From Eledone cirrhosa (lineage: Eukaryota), in NCBI GenBank assembly GCA_964016885.1, contig OZ024743.1, forward strand, positions 250,604,001 through 250,668,000: a stretch of 64,000 nucleotides of DNA, in the 5' to 3' direction. The notes under the pieces are model-generated. The model saw only the letters and a list, made by a program, of their open reading frames with translations. It did no database searches and was not told where the DNA came from. The translations under genes and the position numbers were made by a program. Below, in pieces: positions 30,001 through 42,000 of the stretch; position 1 is the first letter of the stretch; the number at the start of each line of letters is the position of its first letter.

Positions 30001-33000
30001 TAGTAGTGGTAGTGACAAGTGCGGTATACCAGACTAGAAGGTAGTAGTGGTAGTGACAAGTGCGGTATACCAGACTAGAAGGTAGTAGTGGTAGTGACAA
30101 GTGTGGTATACCAGACTAGAAGGTAGTAGTGGTAGCGACAAGTGTGGTATACCAGACTAGAAGGTAGTGGTAGTGACAAGTGTGGTATACCAGACTAGAA
30201 GGTAGTAGTGGTAGTGACAAGTGTGGTATACCAGACTAGAAGGTAGTGGTAGTGACAAGTGTGGTATACCAGACTAGAAGGTAGTGGTAGTGACAAGTGT
30301 GGTATACCAGACTAGAAGGTAGTAGTGGTAGTGACAAGTGTGGTATACCAGACTAGAAGGTAGTAGTGGTAGTGACAAGTGTGGTATACCAGACTAGAAG
30401 GTAGTAGTGGTAGTGACAAGTGTGGCATACCAGACTAGAAGGTAGTGGTAGTGACAAGTGTGGTATACCAGACTAGAAGGTAGTAGTGGTAGCGACAAGT
30501 GTGGTATACCAGAGTAGAAGGTAGTGGTAGTGACAAGTGTGGTATACCAGACTAGAAGGTAGTGGTAGTGACAAGTGTGGTATACCAGACTAGAAGGTAG
30601 TGGTAGTGACATGTGTGGTATACCAGACTAGAAGGTAGTGGTAGTGACAAGTGTGGCATACCAGACTAGAAGGTAGTGGTAGTGACAAGTGTGGCATACC
30701 AGACTAGAAGGTAGTGGTAGTGACAAGTGTGGTATACCAGACTAGAAGGTAGTGGTAGTGACAAGTGTGGCATACCAGACTAGAAGGTAGTGGTAGTGAC
30801 AAGTGTGGTATACCAGACTAGAAGGTAGTGGTAGTGACAAGTGTGGTATACCAGACTAGAAGGTAGTGGTAGTGACAAGTGTGGTATACCAGACTAGAAG
30901 GTAGTAGTGGTAGTGACAAGTGTGGTATACCAGACTAGAAGGTAGTGGTAGTGACACGTGTGGTATACCAGACTAGAAGGTAGTGGTGGTGACAAGTGTC
31001 GTATACGAGACTAAAAGGTAGTGGTAGTGACAAGTGTGGTATACCAGACTAGAAGGTAGTGGTAGTGACATGTGTGGTATACCAGACTAGAAGGTAGTAG
31101 TGGTAGTGACAAGTGTGGTATACCAGACTAGAAGGTAGTAGTGGTAGTGACAAGTGTGGTATACCAGACTAGAAGGTAGTAGTGGTAGTGACAAGTGTGG
31201 TATACCAGACTAGAAGGTAGTAGTGGTAGTGACAAGTGCGGTATACCAGACTAGAAGGTAGTAGTGGTAGTGACAAGTGCGGTATACCAGACTAGAAGGT
31301 AGTAGTGGTAGTGACAAGTGCGGTATACCAGACTAGAAGGTAGTAGTGGTAGTGACAAGTGCGGTATACCAGACTAGAAGGTAGTAGTGGTAGTGACAAG
31401 TGCGGTATACCAGACTAGAAGGTAGTAGTGGTAGTGACAAGTGTGGTATACCAGACTAGAAGGTAGTGGAGGTGACAAGTGTGGTATACCAGACTAGAAG
31501 GTAGTGGTAGTGACAAGTGTGGTATACCAAACTAGAAGGTAGTAGTGGTAGTGACAAGTGTGGTATACCAGACTAGAAGGTAGTGGTAGTGACAAGTGTG
31601 GTATACCAGACTATAAGGTAGTAGTGGTAGTGACAAGTGTTGTATACCAGACTAGAAGGTGGTGGTAGTGACAAGTGTGGTATACCAGACTAGAAGGTAG
31701 TAGTGGTAGTGACAAGTGTGGTATACCAGACTAGAAGGTGGTGGTAGTGACAAGTGTGGTATACCAGACTAGAAGGTGGTGGTAGTGACAAGTGTGGTAT
31801 ACCAGACTAGAAGGTAGTAGTGGTAGTGACAAGTGTGGTATACCAGACTAGAAGGTAGTAGTGGTAGTGACAAGTGTGGTATACCAGACTAGGAGGTAGT
31901 AGTGGTAGTGACAAGTGTGGTATACCAGACTAGAAGGTAGTGGTAGTGACAAGTGTGGTATACCAGACTATAAGGTAGTAGTGGTAGTGACAAGTGTTGT
32001 ATACCAGACTAGAAGGTAGTAGTGGTAGTGACAAGTGTGGTATACAAGACTAGAAGGTAGTAGTGGTAGTGACAAGTGTGGTATACCAGACTAGAAGGTA
32101 GTAGTGGTAGTGACAAGTGTGGTATACCAGACTAGAAGGTGGTGGTAGTGACAAGTGTGGTATACCAGACTATAAGGTAGTAGTGGTAGTGACAAGTGTT
32201 GTATACCAGACTAGAAGGTGGTGGTAGTGACAAGTGTGGTATACCAGACTAGAAGGTGGTGGTAGTGACAAGTGTGGTATACCAGACTAGAAGGTAGTAG
32301 TGGTAGTGACAAGTGTGGTATACCAGACTAGAAGGTAGTAGTGGTAGTGACAAGTGTGGTATACCAGACTAGGAGGTAGTAGTGGTAGTGACAAGTGTGG
32401 TATACCAGACTAGAAGGTAGTGGTAGTGACAAGTGTGGTATACCAGACTATAAGGTAGTAGTGGTAGTGACAAGTGTTGTATACCAGACTATAAGGTAGT
32501 AGTGGTAGTGACAAGTGTGGTATACAAGACTAGAAGGTAGTAGTGGTAGTGACAAGTGTGGTATACCAGACTAGAAGGTAGTAGTGGTAGTGACAAGTGT
32601 GGTATACCAGACTAGAAGGTAGTAGTGGTGGTGACAAGTGTGGTATACCAGACTATAAGGTAGTGGTAGTGACAAGTGTGGTATACCAGACTATAAGGTA
32701 GTAGTGGTAGTGACAAGTGTGGTATACCAGACTATAAGGTAGTAGTGGTAGTGACAAGTGTGGTATACCAGACTATAAGGTAGTAGTGGTAGTGACAAGT
32801 GTGGTATACCAGACTATAAGGTAGTAGTGGTAGTGACAAGTGTGGTATACCAGACTAGAAGGTAGTAGTGGTGGTGACAAGTGTGGTATACCAGACTAGA
32901 AGGTAGTAGTGGTAGTGACAAGTGTGGTATACCAGACTGTAAGGTAGTGGTAGTGACAAGTGTGGTATACCAGACTAGAAGGTAGTGGTAGTGACAAGTG

Positions 33001-36000
33001 TGGTATACCATACTAGAAGGTAGTGGTAGTGACAAGTGTGGTATACCAGACTATAAGGTAGTGGTAGAGACAAGTGTGGTATACCAGACTAGAAGGTAGT
33101 AGTGGTAGTGACAAGTGTGGTATACCAGACTGTAAGGTAGTGGTAGTGACAAGTGTGGTATACCAGACTAGAAGGTAGTGGTAGTGACAAGTGTGGTATA
33201 CCATACTAGAAGGTAGTGGTAGTGACAAGTGTGGTATACCAGGCTATAAGGTGGTAGTGGTGGTAGTGACAAGTGTGGTATACCAGACTAGAATGTAGTA
33301 GTGGTAGTGACAAGTGTGGTATACCAGACTAGAAGGTAGTAGTGGTAGTGACAAGTGTGGTATACCAGACTAGAAGTTAGTGGTAGTGACAAGTGTGGTA
33401 TACCAGACTAGAAGGTAGTAGTGGTAGTGACAAGTGTGGTATACCAGACTAGAAGGTAGTAGTGGTAGTGACAAGTGTGGTATACCAGACTAGAAGATAG
33501 TAGTGGTAGTGACAAGTGTGGTATACCAGACTAGAAGGTAGTGGTAGTGAGAAGTGTGGTATACCAGACTAGAAGGTAGTAGTGGTTGTGTCAAGTGTGG
33601 TATACGAGACTAGAAGGTAGTGGTAGTGACAAGTGTGGTATACCAGACTAGAAGGTAGTGGTAGTGACAAGTGTCGTATACGAGACTAGAAGGTAGTAGT
33701 GGTAGTGACAAGTGTGGTATACCAGACTAGAAGGTAGTAGTGGTAGTGACAAGTGTGGTATACCAGACTAGAAGGTAGTAGTGGTAGCGACAAGTGTGGT
33801 ATACCAGAGTAGAAGGTAGTGGTAGTGACAAGTGTGGTATACCAGACTAGAAGGTAGTGGTAGTGACAAGTGTGGTATACCAGACTAGAAGGTAGTGGTA
33901 GTGACAAGTGTGGTATACCAGACTGTAAGGTAGTGGTAGTGACATGTGTGGTATACCAGACTAGAAGGTAGTGGTAGTGACAAGTGTGGTATACCAGACT
34001 GTAAGGTAGTGGTAGTGACAAGTGTGGTATACCAGGCTAGAAGGTAGTGGTAGTGACAAGTGTCGTATACGAGACTAAAAGGTAGTAGTGGTAGTGACAA
34101 GTGTGGTATACCAGACTAGAAGGTAGTAGTGGTAGTGACATGTGTGGTATACCAGACTAGAAGGTAGTAGTGGTAGTGACAAGTGCGGTATACCAGACTA
34201 GAAGGTAGTAGTGGTAGTGACAAGTGTGGTATACCAGACTAGAAGGTAGTGGTAGTGACAAGTGTGGTATACCAGGCTATAAGGTGGTAGTGGTAGTGAC
34301 AAGTGCGGTATACCAGACTAGAAGGTAGTAGTTGTAGTGACAAGTGTGGTATACCAGACTAGAAGGTAGTGGTAGTGACAAGTGTGGTATACCAGACTAG
34401 AAGGTAGTGGTAGTGAGAAGTGTGGTATACCAGACTAGAAGGTAGTAGTGGTTGTGTCAAGTGTGGTATACGAGACTAGAAGGTAGTGGTAGTGACAAGT
34501 GTGGTATACCAGACTAGAAGGTAGTGGTAGTGACAAGTGTCGTATACGAGACTAGAAGGTAGTAGTGGTAGTGACAAGTGTGGTATACCAGACTAGAAGG
34601 TAGTAGTGGTAGTGACAAGTGTGGTATACCAGACTAGAAGGTAGTAGTGGTAGCGACAAGTGTGGTATACCAGAGTAGAAGGTAGTGGTAGTGACAAGTG
34701 TGGTATACCAGACTAGAAGGTAGTGGTAGTGACAAGTGTGGTATACCAGACTAGAAGGTAGTGGTAGTGACAAGTGTGGTATACCAGACTGTAAGGTAGT
34801 GGTAGTGACAAGTGTGGTATACCAGACTAGAAGGTAGTGGTAGTGACAAGTGTGGTATACCAGACTGTAAGGTAGTGGTAGTGACAAGTGTGGTATACCA
34901 GGCTAGAAGGTAGTGGTAGTGACAAGTGTCGTATACGAGACTAAAAGGTAGTAGTGGTAGTGACAAGTGTGGTATACCAGACTAGAAGGTAGTAGTGGTA
35001 GTGACATGTGTGGTATACCAGACTAGAAGGTAGTAGTGGTAGTGACAAGTGCGGTATACCAGACTAGAAGGTAGTAGTGGTAGTGACAAGTGTGGTATAC
35101 CAGACTAGAAGGTAGTGGTAGTGACAAGTGTGGTATACCAGGCTATAAGGTGGTAGTGGTAGTGACAAGTGCGGTATACCAGACTAGAAGGTAGTAGTTG
35201 TAGTGACAAGTGTGGTATACCAGACTAGAAGGTAGTGGTAGTGACAAGTGTGGTATACCAGACTAGAAGGTAGTAGTGGTAGTGACAAGTGTGGTATACC
35301 AGACTATAAGGTAGTGGTAGTGACAAGTGTGGTATACCAGACTAGAAGGTAGTGGTAGTGACAAGTGTGGTATACCAGACTAGAAGGTAGTGGTAGTGAC
35401 AAGTGTGGTATACCAGACTAGAAGGTAGTAGTGGTAGTGACAAGTGTGGTCTACCAGACTAGAAGGTAGTGGTAGTGACAAGTGTGGTATACCAGACTAG
35501 AAGGTAGTGGTAGTGACAAGTGTGGCATACCAGACTAGAAGGTAGTAGTGGTAGTGACAAGTGTGGTCTACCAGACTAGAAGGTAGAGGTAGCGACAAGT
35601 GTGGTATACCATACTAGAAGGTAGTGGTAGTGACAAGTGTGGTATACCAGACTAGAAGGTAGTAGTGGTAGTGACAAGTGTGGTACACCATACTATAAGG
35701 TAGTGGTAGTGACAAGTGTGGTATACCAGACTAGAAGGTAGTGGTGGTAGTGACAAGTGTGGTATACCAGACTAGGAGGTAGTGGTGGTGACAAGTGTGG
35801 TATACCAGGCTAGAAGGTAGTAGTGGTAGTGACAAGTGTGGTATACCAGACTAGAAGGTAGTAGTGTAGTGACAAGTGTGGTATACCAGACTAGAAGGTA
35901 GTGGTAGTGACAAGTGTGGTATACCAGACTAGAAGGTAGTGGTAGTGACAAGTGTGGTACACCAGACTAGAAGGTGGTAGTGGTAGTGATAAGTGTGGTA

Positions 36001-39000
36001 TACCAGACTAGAAGGTAGTGGTAGTGACAAGTGTGGTATACCAGACTAGAAGGTAGTGGTAGTGACAAGTGTGGTATACCAAACTATAAGGTAGTAGTGG
36101 TAGTGACAAGTGTGGTATACCAGACTAGAATGTAGTAGTAGTGACAAGTGTGGTATACCAGACTGTAAGGTAGTGGTAGTGACAAGTGTGGTATACCAGA
36201 CTAGAAAGTAGTAGTGGTAGTGACAAGTGTGGTATACCAGACTAGAAGGTGGTGGTAGTGACAAGTGTCGTATACGAGACTAGAAGGTAGTAGTGGTAGT
36301 GACAAGTGTGGTATACCAGACTAGAAGGTAGTAGTGGTAGTGACAAGTGTGGTATACCAGACTAGAAGGTAGTAGTGGTAACGACAAGTGTGGTATACCA
36401 GAGTAGAAGGTAGTGGTAGTGACAAGTGTGGTATACCAGACTAGAAGGTAGTGGTAGTGACAAGTGTGGTATACCAGGCTAGAAGGTAGTGGTAGTGACA
36501 AGTGTGGCATACCAGACTAGAAGGTAGTGGTAGTGACAAGTGTGGTATACCAGACTGTAAGGTAGTGGTAGTGACAAGTGTGGTATACCAGGCTAGAAGG
36601 TAGTGGTAGTGACAAGTGTGGTATACCAGACTAGAAGGTAGTAGTGGTGACAAGTGTGGTATACCAGACTAGAAGGTAGTAGTGGTAGTGACAAGTGTGG
36701 TATACCAGACTAGAAGGTAGTAGTGGTAGTGACAAGTGTGGTATACCAGACTATAAGGTAGTAGTGGTAGTGACAGGTTTGGTATACCAGACTAGAAGGT
36801 AGTGGTAGTGACAAGTGTCGTATACGAGACTAGAAGGTAGTGGTAGTGACAAGTGTGGTATACCAGACTAGAAGGTAGTGGTAGTGACAAGTGTGGTATA
36901 CCAGACTAGAAGGTAGTAGTGGTAGTGACAAGTGTGGTATACCAGACTAGAAGGTAGTAGTGGTAGTGACAAGTGTGGTATACCAGACTAGAAGGTAGTA
37001 GTGGTAGTGACAAGTGTGGTATACCAGACCATAAGGTAGTAGTGGTAGTGACAAGTGTGGTATACCAGGCTAGAAGGTAGTAGTGGTAGTGACAAGTGTG
37101 GTATACCAGACTAGAAGGTAGTGGTAGTGACAAGTGTGGTATACCTGACTAGAAGGTAGTGGTAGTGACAACTGTGGTATACCAGACTAGAAGGTAGTAG
37201 TGGTGACAAGTGTGGTATACCAGACTAGAAGGTAGTAGAGGTAGTGACAAGTGTGGTATACCAGACTAGAAGGTAGTGGTAGTGACACGTGTGGTATACC
37301 AGACTAGAAGGTAGTGGTAGTGACAAGTGTGGTATACCAGACTAGAAGGTAGTAGTGGTAGTGACAAGTGTGGTATACCAGACTAGAAGGTAGTGGTAGT
37401 GACAAGTGTGGTATACCAGGCTAGAAGGTAGTAGTGGTAGTGACAAGTGTGGTATACCAGACTAGAAGGTAGTGGTAGTGACAAGTGTGGTATACCAGAC
37501 TAGAAGGTAGTGGTAGTGACAAGTGTGGTATACCAGACTAGAAGGTAGTGGTAGTGACAAGTGTGGTATACCAGACTAGAATATGGTAGTGGAGGTGACA
37601 AGTGTGGTATACCAGACTAGAAGGTAGTGGTAGTGACAAGTGTGGTATACCAGACTATAAGGTAGTAGTGGTAGTGACAAGTGTGGTATACCAGACTAGA
37701 ATGTAGTAGTAGTGACAAGTGTGGTATACCAGACTGTAAGGTAGTGGTAGTGACAAGTGTGGTATACCAGACTAGAAAGTAGTAGTGGTAGTGACAAGTG
37801 TGGTATACCAGACTAGAAGGTGGTGGTAGTGACAAGTGTGGTATACCAGACTAGAAGGTAGTAGTGGTAGTGACAAGTGTGGTATACCAGACTAGAAGGT
37901 AGTAGTGGTAGTGACAAGTGTGGTATACCAGACTATAAGGTAGTAGTGGTAGTGACAGGTTTGGTATACCAGACTAGAAGGTAGTGGTAGTGACAAGTGT
38001 CGTATACGAGACTAGAAGGTAGTGGTAGTGACAAGTGTGGTATACCAGACTAGAAGGTAGTGGTAGTGACAAGTGTGGTATACCAGACTAGAAGGTAGTA
38101 GTGGTAGTGACAAGTGTGGTATACCAGACTAGAAGGTAGTAGTGGTAGTGACAAGTGTGGTATACCAGACTAGAAGGTAGTAGTGGTAGTGACAAGTGTG
38201 GTATACCAGACCATAAGGTAGTAGTGGTAGTGACAAGTGTGGTATACCAGGCTAGAAGGTAGTAGTGGTAGTGACAAGTGTGGTATACCAGACTAGAAGG
38301 TAGTGGTAGTGACAAGTGTGGTATACCTGACTAGAAGGTAGTGGTAGTGACAACTGTGGTATACCAGACTAGAAGGTAGTAGTGGTGACAAGTGTGGTAT
38401 ACCAGACTAGAAGGTAGTAGAGGTAGTGACAAGTGTGGTATACCAGACTAGAAGGTAGTGGTAGTGACACGTGTGGTATACCAGACTAGAAGGTAGTGGT
38501 AGTGACAAGTGTGGTATACCAGACTAGAAGGTAGTAGTGGTAGTGACAAGTGTGGTATACCAGACTGTAAGGTAGTGGTAGTGACAAGTGTGGTATACCA
38601 GACTAGAAGGTAGTAGTGGTAGTGACAAGTGTGGTATACCAGACTAGAAGGTAGTGGTAGTGACAAGTGTGGTATACCAGGCTAGAAGGTAGTAGTGGTA
38701 GTGACAAGTGTGGTATACCAGACTAGAAGGTAGTGGTAGTGACAAGTGTGGTATACCAGACTAGAAGGTAGTGGTAGTGACAAGTGTGGTATACCAGACT
38801 AGAAGGTAGTGGTAGTGACAAGTGTGGTATACCAGACTAGAATATGGTAGTGGAGGTGACAAGTGTGGTATACCAGACTAGAATGTAGTGGTAGTGACAA
38901 GTGTGGTATACCAGACTAGAAGGTAGTGGTAGTGACAAGTGTGGTATACCAGACTAGAAGGTAGTAGTGGTAGTGACAAGTGTGGTATACCAGACTAGAA

Positions 39001-42000
39001 GGTAGTAGTGGTAGTGACAAGTGTGGTATACCAGACTAGAAGGTAGTGGTAGTGACAAGTGTGGTATACCAGACTAGAAGGTAGTAGTGGTAGTGACAAG
39101 TGTGGTATACCAGACTGTAAGGTAGTGGTAGTGACAAGTGTGGTATACCAGACTAGAAGGTAGTAGTGGTAGTGACAAGTGTGGTATACCAGACTAGAAG
39201 GTAGTGGTAGTGACACGTGTGGTATACCAGACTAGAAGGTAGTAGTGGTGACAAGTGTGGTATACCAGACTAGAAGGTAGTGGTGGTAGTGACAAGTGTG
39301 GTATACCAGACTAGAAGGTAGTGGTAGTGACAAGTGTGGTATACCAGACTAGAAGGTAGTAGTGGTAGTGACAAGTGTGGTATACCAGACTGTAAGGTAG
39401 TGGTAGTGACAAGTGTGGTATACCAGACTAGAAGGTAGTAGTGGTAGTGACAAGTGTGGTATACCAGACTAGAAGGTAGTGGTAGTGACAAGTGTGGTAT
39501 ACCAGGCTAGAAGGTAGTAGTGGTAGTGACAAGTGTGGTATACCAGACTAGAAGGTAGTGGTAGTGACAAGTGTGGTATACCAGACTAGAAGGTAGTGGT
39601 AGTGACAAGTGTGGTATACCAGACTAGAAGGTAGTGGTAGTGACAAGTGTGGTATACCAGACTAGAATATGGTAGTGGAGGTGACAAGTGTGGTATACCA
39701 GACTAGAATGTAGTGGTAGTGACAAGTGTGGTATACCAGACTAGAAGGTAGTGGTAGTGACAAGTGTGGTATACCAGACTAGAAGGTAGTAGTGGTAGTG
39801 ACAAGTGTGGTATACCAGACTAGAAGGTAGTAGTGGTAGTGACAAGTGTGGTATACCAGACTAGAAGGTAGTGGTAGTGACAAGTGTGGTATACCAGACT
39901 AGAAGGTAGTAGTGGTAGTGACAAGTGTGGTATACCAGACTGTAAGGTAGTGGTAGTGACAAGTGTGGTATACCAGACTAGAAGGTAGTAGTGGTAGTGA
40001 CATGTGTGGTATACCAGACTGTAAGGTAGTGGTAGTGACAAGTGTGGTATACCAGACTATAAGGTAGTAGTGGTAGTGACAAGTGTGGTATACCAGACTA
40101 GAAGGTAGTGGTAGTGACAAGTGTGGTATACCAGACTAGAAGGTAGTGGTAGTGACAAGTGTGGTATACCAGACTAGAAGGTAGTGGTAGTGACAAGTGT
40201 GGTATACCAGACTAGAAGGTAGTGGTTGTGACAAGTGTGGTATACCAGACTAGAAGGTAGTGGTAGTGACAAGTGTGGTATACCAGACTAGAAGGTAGTG
40301 GTAGTGACAAGTGTGGTATACCAGACTAGAAGGTAGTGGTTGTGACAAGTGTGGTATACCAGACTAGAAGGTAGTGGTAGTGACAAGTGTGGTATACCAG
40401 ACTAGAAGGTAGTGGTAGTGACAAGTGTGGTATACCAGACTAGAAGGTAGTGGTAGTGACAAGTGTGGTATACCAGACTAGAAGGTAGTAGTGGTAGTGA
40501 CAAGTGTGGTATACCAGACTAGAAGGTAGTAGTGGTAGTGACAAGTGTGGTATACCAGACTGTAAGGTATTGGTAGTGACAAGTGTGGTATACCAGACTA
40601 GAAGGTAGTAGTGGTAGTGACAAGTGTGGTATACCAGACTGTAAGGTAGTGGTAGTGACAAGTGTGGTATCCCAGACTGTAAGGTAGTAGTGGTAGTGAC
40701 AAGTGTGGTATACCAGACTAGAAGGTAGTAGTGGTAGTGACAAGTGTGGTATACCAGACTGTAAGGTAGTGGTAGTGACAAGTGTGGTATCCCAGACTGT
40801 AAGGTAGTGGTAGTGACAAGTGTGGTATCCCAGACTGTAAGGTAGTAGTGGTAGTGACAAGTGTGGTATACCAGACTAGAAGGTAGTAGTGGTAGTGACA
40901 AGTGTGGTATACCAGACTGTAAGGTAGTGGTAGTGACAAGTGTGGTATCCCAGACTGTAAGGTAGTGGTAGTGACAAGTGTGGTATACCAGACTAGAAGG
41001 TAGTGGTAGTGACAAGTGTGGTATACCAGACTGTAAGGTAGTGGTAGTGACAAGTGTGGTATACCAGACTAGAAGGTAGTAGTGGTAGTGACAAGTGTGG
41101 TATACCAGACTGTAAGGTAGTGGTAGTGACAAGTGTGGTATACCAGACTAGAAGGTAGTGGTAGTGACAAGTGTGGTATACCAGACTAGAAGGTAGTGGT
41201 AGTGACAAGTGTGGTATACCAGACTAGAAGGTAGTGGTAGTGACAAGTGTGGTATACCAGACTAGAAGGTAGTAGTGGTAGTGACAAGTGTGGTATACCA
41301 GACTAGAAGGTAGTAGTGGTAGTGACAAGTGTGGTATACCAGACTAGAAGGTAGTAGTGGTAGTGACAAGTGTGGTATACCAGACTATAAGGCAGTAGTG
41401 GTAGTGACAAGTGTGGTATACCAGGCTAGAAGGTAGTAGTGGTAGTGACAAGTGTGGTATACCAGACTAGAAGGTAGTGGTAGTGACAAGTGTGGTATAC
41501 CTGACTAGAAGGTAGTAGTGGTAGTGACAAGTGTGGTATACCAGACTAGAAGGTAGTAGTGGTGACAAGTGTGGTATACCAGACTAGAAGGTAGTAGTGG
41601 TAGTGACAAGTGTGGTATACCAGACTAGAAGGTAGTGGTAGTGACAAGTGTGGTATACCAGACTAGAAGGTAGTAGTGGTAGTGACAAGTGTGGTATACC
41701 AGACTAGAAGGTAGTGGTAGTGACAAGTGTGGTATACCAGACTAGAAGGTAGTAGTGGTAGTGACAAGTGTGGTATACCAGACTAGAAGGTAGTGGTAGT
41801 GACAAGTGTGGTATACCAGACTAGAAGGTAGTAGTGGTAGTGACAAGTGTGGTATACCAGACTAGAAGGTAGTAGTGGTAGTGACAAGTGTGGTATACCA
41901 GACTAGAAGGTAGTAGTGGTGACAAGTGTGGTATACCAGACTAGAAGGTAGTAGTGGTAGTGACAAGTGTGGTATACCAGACTAGAAGGTAGTGGTAGTG

